DNA of 39,176 nt from an uncultured Nitrososphaeraceae archaeon (GTDB lineage: Archaea > Thermoproteota > Nitrososphaeria > Nitrososphaerales > Nitrososphaeraceae): assembly GCA_963825865.1 (NCBI GenBank), contig CAWGVG010000053.1:1-39176 (forward strand), written 5' to 3'. Every line of letters begins with the position of its first letter. Positions within the stretch are counted from its first letter, which is position 1. The notes below the pieces were generated by a model. It was given only the letters and a program-made list of their open reading frames with translations. It did not search any database and was not told where the DNA came from. The position numbers and the translations under genes were made by a program. Shown piece after piece: positions 1-9,665 of this stretch.

Positions 1-71
1 GAAATAGATGTTAACGATGCTTGCAGCAATAGTTTTGATTTACCATCATACATGATATTATTCAGGTCTAG

Positions 72-644
72 TCATTGAGCGGGCTTTTTTCTGTATTGTG
101 AATGCGGATAATATGAACATGGTTTTTCATTCCTTGCAAGAATGTATCCTGACAAAACTCCTATCTTAATTGCTGGCTCAAAAATTTGATAATAGTGAAT
201 TTCTCTTAGCCTATCTACTAGCCAGCCGATTTCATTTAAACTAGTTTCAGTATCCTTTCTGTTTAATATCTCAATTGGTGATCTAGTTACGGTCCCCTTT
301 TCATAATAACCATATCTTGCAAGATCTCGTCTATTGTTTGGAAACTTGCTTAAAATATCATACGCCTTAATCTTATCATTATCAGAAACTAAGTCATTAG
401 ATATCTTGGCCATATCTGCTGGTGATGCTTCATGACTGAGATCGAAGTACTTGCCTGACAGTACCGTTAATGCTTTCCAGAAGAATTCTGAGCAATGGAA
501 AAGCCATGCATTACACGAAGCGTAGCGATATATGTTAAAGTTATCTTCTGCGTTACTAAATCCTGAAAAACATTCCTTGGCAAGAAAAGTGTAATAGTCT
601 TGCTGAGCTTTGCTTAACTTATTTAGCAGTCTTTTAATAATCAT
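72..644 (-). CDS. HEPN-domain-like protein, possibly prematurely terminated
   Basis: Helical pattern 'YRYASCNAWLFHCSEFFWKAL..G.....SH' and 'RRDLARY' resembles HEPN (MNT-partner type) domains. The frame stays open past the TGA to the window edge (LDLNNIMYDGKSKLLLQASLTSI). Confidence 0.5.
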   Translation of the reverse strand: MIIKRLLNKLSKAQQDYYTFLAKECFSGFSNAEDNFNIYRYASCNAWLFHCSEFFWKALTVLSGKYFDLSHEASPADMAKISNDLVSDNDKIKAYDILSKFPNNRRDLARYGYYEKGTVTRSPIEILNRKDTETSLNEIGWLVDRLREIHYYQIFEPAIKIGVLSGYILARNEKPCSYYPHSQYRKKPAQ

Positions 645-917
645 AGCTGAAAATAGTATGGGTACTCATATTTTGAGTGTTGTTCTGTCTTTTCAATTTT
701 AACATACTATAATACATAGCTGGCAATTTCTCTTCATGCTGACCTTTGGCCACGCTAGCTCAAATAGCGTGCAATTTTCCTTCGGTATCAAATGTCTTGT
801 CTCAAACATGTTCTAAAGTAAATCTCAATGCAAATATCATGTCTTATACGCCAGACGTTATAGCCATTATGATAGCTATTTTGGAGGTATTTTGTTAATT
901 ATGGGTTTGAAAGGTTT

Positions 918-941
918 GGTGGTGGTGGTGGTGGTGGTGGT
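918..941 (+). repeat. (GGT)8 trinucleotide microsatellite
   Basis: Eight perfect GGT units read directly from the sequence. Confidence 0.95.
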
Positions 942-1014
942 GAAAAATTCAATCAGCAGTACACCGCTGCCTGCTTGCCGTTTCACATTCCAATAGATGA
1001 AAGCCTTTGGTTAT

Positions 1015-1185
1015 ATGGCGAGAAAAGTAGTAGATGAGGCAAAACTACATAACAATAAAATCCTTAGACTTGTTAAAGGAGATATCGCAGAAAGAGATGT
1101 TGATTTTATAGTAAATGCTGAAATTCTTATCTAAAACATGGTGGAGGAGTTGCAGTTGCCATTGTAAGAAAGGGTGGACAAGGTA
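1015..1185 (+). pseudogene. Macro domain (ADP-ribose-binding/Appr-1-p processing) N-terminal fragment
   Basis: Manual translation MARKVVDEAKLHNNKILRLVKGDIAERDVDFIVNA / (shift) SYLKHGGGVAVAIVRKGG contains the GDI, VNAAN and GGGV macro motifs. Frameshift near 1120, truncated afterwards. Confidence 0.85.
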
Positions 1186-1316
1186 GATAAAAAGTTTGGG
1201 TGGCAATACGACTAATGGTTATAGAAGGCTAAGTTGCTGTTGCGGTCACCACAGCTTTACAAAGCAGCTGATCTTATATAGACTTCTACCAAAATGTGAT
1301 TTGTCACACTATAGAT

Positions 1317-2172
1317 ATGAATATATCTAATGAAACTCAAGCAAGGGAATACATCGACAGCTTTCCTATACAAAAAACCAAAGTAGACGATATAGAAATA
1401 GAATACAAAATACTCGGCAACAAAAGTAATAGGCCAATCATTTTCATACCTGGCTTGAAAGTAACTATGGATATGTGGGAGCCTACAATACTTAGAGAAC
1501 TTTTGCAGTCAAACCACAGTATAATAGTCTATAATAATAGAGGCACTGGAAATTCATCTACAGGAGTTAAGGATTATTCTATTACCCAACTTGCAAATGA
1601 TGCTGCAGATTTGTTGGACGCGCTCAATATAGAAAAAGCAGATATTCTTGGATGGTCAATGGGTGCATATATTGCAGAGGAATTGGCACTTGTGCATCCA
1701 AATAAAGTTAATTGTCTTATTCTATATGGATCAGGCCCTGGTGGAGACAAAGTTATTCCTTCAAGTCCTGATCTAATGGAAACTTTGAGTAATGTATCTG
1801 GTACTCCTGAAGAGCAAGCAAGGCAAATTCTTTCATACTTTTTCCCTAGATCTTGGATTCAGAAATATCCAGACTACATAAATCATTTTCCGCTGCTTAA
1901 AGGAACAATATCTCTTGAAACAGTACAAAAGCAAGCACAAGCAATAATAAAATGGAATGGCATATACAACTCTCATTCACAGATTATTCAACCAACTCTA
2001 GTCTTAGTTGGTACAGAAGATGTAATCACTACTCCTAAAGCTTGCATTATCGCTAATTGAGAAAATTCCTTTGGTGTGGCTTGTACAAATAAAAGATGCA
2101 GGACACGGATGGATGTACCAGTATCCTGAAAAATTCAGCAGGGTGATCCAAACATTTTTGGATGTTAAATAG
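1317..2172 (+). CDS. Alpha/beta hydrolase, frameshift near 2055
   Basis: GWSMG nucleophile elbow, NRGTG and GTED acid motif. The catalytic His segment 'EKIPLVWLVQIKDAGHGWMYQYPEKF..FLDVK*' continues in another frame to the stop at 2170-2172. Confidence 0.85.
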
Positions 2173-2807
2173 ACAATGGATCTAAATCACTATAAGGCAT
2201 GACCTTCAGTAGTTTGCAGATGAATATATGAGAAGAACAAAAGGTGACCATATTGACTTCTAGTCAAATTTATTAAGGCAATATTGCTTTCCTGTTTATC
2301 AAAAGCCTCTTCTAATTTGGAATATGCATCTCTACAAAGCTAAGAATGGCTCTCTCATACACCCCTTAGTATTTTTGTAACTTGCAGACCATGATCACGC
2401 CGTGCTAGGAAAATGTCAGATTATGAGAAAGTAATGAGCATGCTGACGATGACCGGGAGTTTCTAATATTTGAATGCGTGACTTGGGTCTATTCTAGATA
2501 ATTATAAAATGAAGGCTACGGATTTTACCAATAAACGTATGCAAAGATGGGCCTCAAATCAATAAGAACTAATAACGTTATCACTGAATGGTAAACTTCT
2601 ATCCTAATCCCATATTATTTCATTTGTCTTGATTTAGTATTAACAGGTAAAACATATTTCACACTATAGAAATATAGCTTGCTTGCATATACAATAATAG
2701 AACATAATCAAACACCATCAAAAACTAGCGATGAGACTAACATACAAGACCTAATCCAAGACTCGGAGTTTTAAGAGATAGAGAGAGGGGGAGGTGAATA
2801 ACAACAT

Positions 2808-3120
2808 TTGAAATTAGTCTATCAGGGCATAATCTATGACAGCAATAAATCAACAGAATTATTAGAGATATTCTATAGAGTCGAACATAATAACGCCACT
2901 AGAGGAACAGTACTACATCGTACATACAAAAAGGGATTGTACTGGGTCCACAATTGGAGTCGTTGGAAAAAAGAGGCAGATACAGTTCAACCAATATCAA
3001 CAGAAGCCTTTAAAATGATTACAGACGGGTACGGGAATTCGTACTATGATTGCAGTGATAAAGCATTAGACGATATTATTTCAAAGTACTTTCCCGACAA
3101 TAACCTTGAAGAGAGTATTG
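2808..3120 (+). CDS. Virus-like hypothetical protein, 3' end fused to an unrelated fragment
   Basis: GGAGGTGA RBS at 2790-2797. The sequence 'QGIIYDSNKSTEL...TVLHRTYKKGLYWVH' resembles small phage proteins of the 'GKxYDTxxA..LYRxxxGxYF' type. The ORF runs into the antisense aminopeptidase fragment at about 3120. Confidence 0.45.
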
Positions 3121-4203
3121 ATGTGCTAATTCGTGTCTTACAACTTCGGTATCTGATGTATAATCTGGTATAACTTCTTTGTTATGAAAATATTGGTCGA
3201 TTAATGTAGTGCAACTGGTGTTTTCCATTCCTCCATATTCAAAATCTTCTACCGCTACCTGTGAGTACTTGTTATAGGGATAGTGTGTATCAAGATAATA
3301 AATAAAGAATTTCATGACCTCAGGTGTACAGCTAAAAGTTAGCATAGGGTCATAGTGTTTGTCTTCGATATCTTTGCTCCAGTAATATTCTAGTGGTATA
3401 TTATCATAATTATCTGATTTTTTAACAAAGGTCCCCACAACTACTGATGCCAAATATGCAGCATTTGGAATCGATTCTTTCCATATGTCACTCAAATTTT
3501 CTGTCTGATTTATTGGCATTATCATCTGTGTCTATGTAAGGTTTAACTGGTTCTAAAATTCCATTAGAGATTACTACGAACTCTTCTGGAACTATTACAT
3601 GAATTTCCCATGGAAATTTTAGTTCAGGATGATCAAAACAAGGAAACCAATACCGCGACTCAGTAGATTCTCCTTGGGTCCAAGCCTGATATTTCTTATT
3701 TGGATATCCCTCATCAGGTCGAATAAAATGAAATCCACTCCTTGGGGTCTTTGCAATAGCCCTGTCTTGTTCATAATGTCCTGTGGAATATTTAATTACA
3801 AGACAAATACTCTTTCCTGTTTGTAATACTTCTGAAAGCTTGATAATTAGTTTATCTGGGCTATAGTTATACCAGTCTTTTTGTCGTTGTCATTATAGTT
3901 CAAATTCTTGAGACTATTGCGCATTTGCTGTATAGAATTATCGTTAATTTCATATAATATATACGAGTATTCCACCGACTGAACTTTAATTTCCGCTATA
4001 TCAAGTTCAATTTCTTTAAGATCCTGTTTTTTTGAAGTAATATTGAGATACTGTATGCAATTATCAAGATTTTTATCTTTAGATTTCAAATCCGGCTGTA
4101 TAACAAGAGACATATAATCGATCTTGAATGGTGATGATGGAGGATATTGTGGAGTTGTTCCTGGTAATTCAAATCCGGTTGATATTCCCTTTGGATGTGG
4201 CAT
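3120..4203 (-). pseudogene. pepN: M1 family aminopeptidase (PepN-like), frameshifted and truncated
   Basis: Three frames give 'AWTQGE..ESRYWFPCFDHP', 'YLASVVVG', 'YPYNKYSQV', GGMEN exopeptidase motif and HELAH zinc motif. Cut off directly after HELAHQ. Confidence 0.9.
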
Positions 4204-4620
4204 GAGTTATTACTATCTTATTTTCATACTATAAATGAAATTCTACCATACAGTTATTACTCCTTATAAGAAGTTATGATAGTGTGTGTACGAGATTAAG
4301 CCTGCAAAATTTGATCAGACATGGATGTTTTAGTTTTATAATTTACTTTTGGTGAGTGGGATAGTTCAAGGTAATTTTGTGTTTATGTAATTCTTCAAAG
4401 ACGATATTTTATTGACCATTAATTTTCAATAACTTGTGTTTACTATATCTCGTACCGTCTAACTTGCGCTGTAGATGCTTTGATACAATGATGATACGAG
4501 AATATGCTGGTTGCCGGATTCTATCACTGAAAAACGTTACCATAATCAGTCAAACATCTCTTCTATTTCTTTTTCCACACTAATCGCTTTGTACACATTT
4601 CGGTCATATCTTTAGACAAA

Positions 4621-5266
4621 TTACATTCCTCCAGGTCTGGTTAATAATTTGAAAGCAATATTTGGTCCCATTTGTTGGCTATATGCAAGATGAATCCACA
4701 GTAAGGCCAGATACTCTAACACCCGTGCATTGATAAGAGGACCCGCATCTACAGTATCAAAACCAATTTCTGTAGCCAGTTTCTTGACCACTGTTTTTGA
4801 CTTGAAATCATCCCCACAGATAAAGGCGTCGGCTCTGACTAAGTCAAATTGTAAATTATCTAGTGTTTTTGCACCTATAGAATTAAACGCCTTAACAACC
4901 TTGGAATCCTTGGCCCATTTTGCAATCTCTTCAGGCAGCAGATGTTGAGGATTCAATGATTAAACCTGTTAGGTCAGCTTTAATCGGATTTGTGGGGTCT
5001 ATCAAGATCTTTCCAGAGAGATCCCCTGCACTTTTGATTGTTTCTTCAACAGCCTTCCACGGTATTGCAAGAACTATTACGTCCGCAAAAGAGGCTGCCT
5101 CACCAATGGTTCCAACCTTAACACCGGAGTCTATAGATCTGATTAGATTCAAAACGTTGTGACTCTGAAGATTTCTAACCCCAAACATTATCTGATGCCC
5201 TTTCTTAGCCCATAATCTTCCTAATGTGCCTCCTACATCTCCTGCTCCAATAATAGCAATTTCCAT
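4621..5266 (-). CDS. NADPH-dependent F420 reductase / F420-dependent NADP oxidoreductase family, one frameshift near 4940
   Basis: GAGDVG Rossmann motif, 'VIVLAIPW', 'ILIDPTNP', 'VVKAFN', 'DAGPL..AR.LE' are split over ORFs 4931-5266 and 4621-4956. Confidence 0.9.
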
Positions 5267-5457
5267 ATGTCTATATTGCTCTTCTATTATTTCAGTTCTT
5301 TTACATAAATTATTTCAAAATATTTTCAGGTTTAACTGTAATCAAAAAGCACAAATAGATTGCTCATCACATAGATTTATTATCTGAGGGCTTATACGAA
5401 CTCAGTTATATAAAAACCTTTAAGTCACTAAAACGATAATATTCTAAGACAATTTAA

Positions 5458-5595
5458 ATGGACATGTCTGTTTCATGCTGTAGTTGCGGTAAAAAGATTC
5501 AAGATTATCCAGTATATTGCTATATGTGTGACGATTATTTTTGTTCAGACCAATGTCATATGAACAAACATAATAAACAATGGCAAAAATTTTGA
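5458..5595 (+). CDS. 45-aa Cys/His-rich zinc-finger microprotein
   Basis: MDMSVSCCSCGKKIQDYPVYCYMCDDYFCSDQCHMNKHNKQWQKF* has CxxC-x10-CxxC-x4-CxxxCH-x3-H. TATA-like TTATATAAA at about 5406-5414. Confidence 0.7.
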   Translation: MDMSVSCCSCGKKIQDYPVYCYMCDDYFCSDQCHMNKHNKQWQKF

Positions 5596-5974
5596 TAATT
5601 AGCTTAAGGAAATTCTTTCTCTATCCTGCCTAGCTTATTTTACTAATTTATCAAAACTAGCCGAAAACTCATACAGAACCAGATTATAGATTACCTAATA
5701 CCTCATTCATTACGAATACCTTGCTTTCTTCTCACCTGTCCTATAGGATGATAAGTGTAAAAACTTCGTAGCATAAAAAAGATATCTAGTGCCGTTAGAG
5801 CCCGAATCGGACTAATGACAATGGTTGCATATATTAATGAAAATGTTACCATAATAACAAAGAATGCCACAAAGAAGAAAGAAGAGGAATGGCTATTATC
5901 ACTATATCACACATTACTGTGTCTATCGCATGACTATGGCCATATATATAATATCATATAAAGTATAAACTAAA

Positions 5975-6140
5975 TTGAACAATTCAATCAGTTTCCTTGC
6001 GATTGCAGTATTTACTGTTATTGCTCTGATCCTTGTCATTATCGCTTTGGAAATATCCCTGCCGATTAACATCACAACATACGGGCAGGAGCATCAGCTC
6101 AATGATACAAACAACGACAACAGTAAAGTAGTAATTCATC
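5975..6140 (+). pseudogene. N-terminal fragment (signal/anchor) of a secreted protein
   Basis: Hydrophobic signal-like stretch then 'NDTNNDNSKVVI', after which coding character is lost. TATA-like tract upstream. Confidence 0.35.
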
Positions 6141-6581
6141 ATTATCTTTCATCAACAGTCGATTTATCCATTTCCTTTTAATCTTTTGTCTTTTTACAAA
6201 TTGTTTTTCAATGTCTGGATACATCTCTCCAACATACAAAAGTAATGATTTTAGATAATGCCCCGATGTCACTAGTTTTTTCTCACCCCTTGTTAGGTTA
6301 TTATCTGGCTGTTGACTTTGGAGGCAGCGGATGAGGACTTTGTTGTTGTTCCATCAGATGAGGGTGATAACAATGGCGATGATGCCCAATAATCAGGCAA
6401 AACATTCATATCATTAAAGTAAGCTAATTCCTGAATCTTTATAAGAAAAGGCTTAATGTTATCAAGCCTTTTCTGCTTTCGTAGTCTCTGTTGATATCAA
6501 AAAACAAAAATTAGAAATTCAAATCTGATAAATCTATAGCATGTTTGGCCAATTTCTGTTCTGTATTTTCATTGAATTTGT

Positions 6582-7583
6582 TGCTTTGTTGCATGATTAA
6601 TCATCTTGTAAGTGATACTTATTTGACCACTCACCATTTAGCTTGCTAGTATTAATTATTCTGGTATGGTTGACTGGCCTTGCTATAATGAATCACTAGT
6701 TAGGCGTGGTCAAGTACTCTTGGATTTTGATGTACTTGATGGATGGGATCATGAATTATGTCAAATGAACCTTGGTAAGGTTGGTGAGCCCTACTGCTAC
6801 CCAAATTCATTTATTCAGCTTCTAGGTTACATGAGAGCATATTTCCATCTACCATATAGACAAACACAGGGTGTAGTCATAGCTCATGCAAGTAAAGAAG
6901 TATCAAACACACCACATTATAGTACCATTAATAGACGTATAAACAGGCTAGAGATTAAAATCGATGAAAAATTAGGAAATGATATTGTCATTGCTTTAGA
7001 CAGCACCGGCATTAAGGTAGCTAATCGAGGGGAATGGATGCACCACAAATGGCATGTCAGAAAAGGATATCTAAAGATACACATAGCAGTTGATATCGAG
7101 AAGAAAAGAATTGTATCTCTGGAGGTAACAAGTGAAGAGGTACATGATGGTAAGATGCTAAAGAAGTTAGTAGACAATGCTTCTGAAAATAATAATCTGA
7201 AGGGTATATTAGCAGATGGTATGTACGACAGCAATAAGAATTTTAGATACCTATCAAAGAACCACATTAAGCCTGGTATAAAGACAAGAAGTAATTCCAA
7301 GGTCAAGTCAACTAACTGTCATGCTAGGAATATGTCTGTAGTAAGACAACAACAGACAAACCTCAAAAAATGGAAGCGTAGCGTGAGCTATGGGTACAGG
7401 TGGATAGCAGAAACAGCATTCTCTTCCATTAAAAGAACATTTGGTGAACATGTAACAGCTAGAAAGTTTCCTCACATGGTAAAAGAGATCCTCCTAAAGG
7501 CAGCTCTGTATAACATGTTCAATCGAATGACCTAGCTAACGGTTTGCATAACCTAAAATCCTAATGAATTATGCAACAGAGCA
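6582..7583 (+). mobile_element. IS5 family (IS903-group-like) insertion sequence, intact
   Basis: Left end TGCTTTGTTGCATGATT versus reverse complement of right end TGCTCTGTTGCATAATT (15/17). 8-bp target duplication GAATTTGT at 6574-6581 and 7584-7591. Ends resemble the IS903 IR (GGCTTTGTTG). Confidence 0.95.
6666..7535 (+). CDS. IS5 family DDE transposase
   Basis: 'W..YNESLVRRG', 'LPYRQTQG', 'IALDSTGIK', 'LADGMYD', 'YGYRWIAETAFSSIK' motifs in an uninterrupted 289-aa ORF. Confidence 0.96.
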   Translation: MVDWPCYNESLVRRGQVLLDFDVLDGWDHELCQMNLGKVGEPYCYPNSFIQLLGYMRAYFHLPYRQTQGVVIAHASKEVSNTPHYSTINRRINRLEIKIDEKLGNDIVIALDSTGIKVANRGEWMHHKWHVRKGYLKIHIAVDIEKKRIVSLEVTSEEVHDGKMLKKLVDNASENNNLKGILADGMYDSNKNFRYLSKNHIKPGIKTRSNSKVKSTNCHARNMSVVRQQQTNLKKWKRSVSYGYRWIAETAFSSIKRTFGEHVTARKFPHMVKEILLKAALYNMFNRMT

Positions 7584-7698
7584 GAATTTGTTATATTGGT
7601 ATAAACCAAACCTGCCGTTCTCCCCCAACCTTGCTATTGAGTTCCGTCATAATTGTTTTATCAAAGCAATTTATATGTCATCAGTCTATTTTAATTGA

Positions 7699-8167
7699 AT
7701 GGATTTAACTCTGTTACCGGTTATAGTGGGACTTGTTACTGCTCGCAGTAGGTGTCTTCACATTTTTTAACGCAACCAGAGAATATAAGCGGCAAGGAGA
7801 ACAGAAACGACTTGATCTGTTTCTTGAAATGAGACGAAAGTTTAAGGAAAATGAAAATTTCAAAAATATTGCTGCTTGGATAGATGAAAATGACGATAGG
7901 TTGAGAAATATTTCATTCAAAGCAAAACGTGACTATGTGGGATTTTTTCAGGAAGTCGCTCTAATGATGAATTCAGGCCTTGTAAAAAGAGGTACAGCAC
8001 TATATATGTTTGGCTATTTTGCGGCACGCTGTTACGACAGCGAAAAATTTTGGGAGAGAGGAATTAAAAAGGAATCAATTTATTGGAAACTATTCAGAAA
8101 TTTTGCTCTACAGACAAAAGAAAAAGAGTCACCAGTGGGTTATGATGAGAAAGACTTTAGAATATGA
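7699..8167 (+). CDS. Membrane-anchored hypothetical protein (DUF4760-like), probable 5' frameshift
   Basis: N-terminal TM helix then 'GFFQEVALMMNSGLV...MFG...W..F'. ATG at 7699 is out of frame with the 7733 ORF. Confidence 0.5.
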
Positions 8168-8249
8168 TTAACATCATAGATATAACATCAACCAAAACTT
8201 CTATTCGTAACTAATGGCGACTTCTACATAACATTTGGAAATCGATTAT

Positions 8250-8465
8250 TTTTACTCGCAGGATAACTTCTGGATATAATTGTGCAAATCTGCCACTCCT
8301 AGGTCTGTCTTTAGGTCCACATGCGCTCTGGTTATCATATCTTGCTAACCAATGTGAAGTCCATATTTATTTCTGTGTAGTTCTTTTAAAACACAGGCTG
8401 GAACCATACCATCACTTACAATCTTCAGTACCAAGCGGACAATCTTTCCTTTATGTCTGAATTTG
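8250..8465 (-). mobile_element. IS630-like transposase N-terminal HTH remnant
   Basis: Minus-strand translation 'IKERL..LVLKIVSDGMVPACVLKELHRNK / WTSHWLARYDNQSACGPKDRPRSGR' matches the W..RY...G..DRPRSGR HTH signature. Confidence 0.7.
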
Positions 8466-8962
8466 TCATCCTAATTATGCGCTCTAGGTCTCCTTAATAG
8501 AAATTCTAGTATCTTTGTATCATTAATAATACGAAGTTTAGTTATGTTATCATTACTGCCATATCTGTGGCTAAAGCATTAGCATGCAAATAGCTATGGG
8601 ATTTAGATAATGGCCTAGCTTGCCTCTTTTTTTTGCCATCTGGTTATTATTGACCTTAACTGCAATATTTGCTTTAACGGTTTGCTATTACATTTGACTC
8701 TAAAGGAATGAGCCTCTCCTTCTCTCTTCATCTCTTCCAGCTTAAATCAACTTGGCAGTACCTTTATCAGACTAGCGTTAGAGAAAATATATGGCATAAT
8801 ATACTCGATTCCGATTAAGAATACAAGATATGTTGTCGTCACATGTGTTGGTAACAGTGATTAATCTCTGACTAATGATTACAATTTTAGGCAACTTCAC
8901 ACACATACACACATAGAGAGAGACATAACAATACATTTATCCAAAATCTGCTATTATGAGGT

Positions 8963-9565
8963 GTGACAAGGTTCTTGACATTAGGAAAATGCGCCTATTG
9001 TTCAGGAAGTTTTTCTGGCACCATAATGGCTCGTCATCTGGAATCATGCAAGGTTAGACACGCATCATCATCATCTCAGTCCAGAGATAAAGAATACATA
9101 TTATTGAGAAATAACAATAAGAATAACAATGCTGCTCAACATCATATTGTATACCTACTGAAAGTTTCTTCAAAATATTTTCCAGAATATTGGTTATTCA
9201 TGGAAGCAGATGGCATGTGCAAACTTGAAGATTTTGATTCCCTTCTTAGAGACATGTGGCTTGAATGCTGTGGTCATTTGAGCCACTTTACTATTAACAA
9301 CCAGAGATACGAAATTCAGCCAGATCCCTGGTTCAGTAGTAGGAGTATGCGAGTTAAGTTAAACAAAATCCTCGAACCAGGCATGATTTTTGAATATGTA
9401 TATGACTATGGTAGCTCTACCGAACTAATCTTTAAAGTCATTTCAAATAGACTTGGCAAAATAAAGAAAGGTAGAAAACCAATTCGGCTTGTTGCCAGGA
9501 ACGATCCAATTTTGTTTGAATGTCATACATGTAAAGAAGCAACTGCAAGAAACGATAAAGCTTGA
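8963..9565 (+). CDS. pRiA4b ORF-3-like (MM3350-like) protein with Zn-binding motifs, probably C-terminally truncated
   Basis: CAYC...HLESC, 'L..FD..LR..WLECCGHLSHF', 'F.YVYDYGSSTEL', 'ARN.P...CHTC'. Ends shortly after one CxxC pair. Confidence 0.7.
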   Translation: MTRFLTLGKCAYCSGSFSGTIMARHLESCKVRHASSSSQSRDKEYILLRNNNKNNNAAQHHIVYLLKVSSKYFPEYWLFMEADGMCKLEDFDSLLRDMWLECCGHLSHFTINNQRYEIQPDPWFSSRSMRVKLNKILEPGMIFEYVYDYGSSTELIFKVISNRLGKIKKGRKPIRLVARNDPILFECHTCKEATARNDKA

Positions 9566-9665
9566 CTAATAGAGATATAACTGCGGTCATAGCACAACAA
9601 TCAGCACAATCACAGGGTACAAGAACTAGGATAGAAGCATTTTCTGGGCTTAAAAATAGCTTTTC

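Noticed and set aside
72-74. TGA recoding (Sec or Trp), also the TGA at 35163
   Set aside because: TGA is used as a normal stop in neighbouring genes, another internal stop is TAA (13108), and no SECIS-like structure was seen.
918-941. (GGT)8 as a phase-variation or G-quadruplex switch
   Set aside because: Not clearly within a gene or promoter. Similar triplet runs occur elsewhere in the window (e.g. TTG at about 35683-35708), so it looks like background slippage.
4730-5162. Antisense ORFs (4730-4948, 4920-5162; likewise 6917-7306, 20509-20880, 31122-31391, 32087-32353, 34105-34464, 37550-37841)
   Set aside because: Shadow frames opposite well-supported genes, with no motifs of their own.
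8898-8925. CA/GA dinucleotide run upstream of the pRiA4b-like gene
   Set aside because: Short imperfect low-complexity tract with no evident function.
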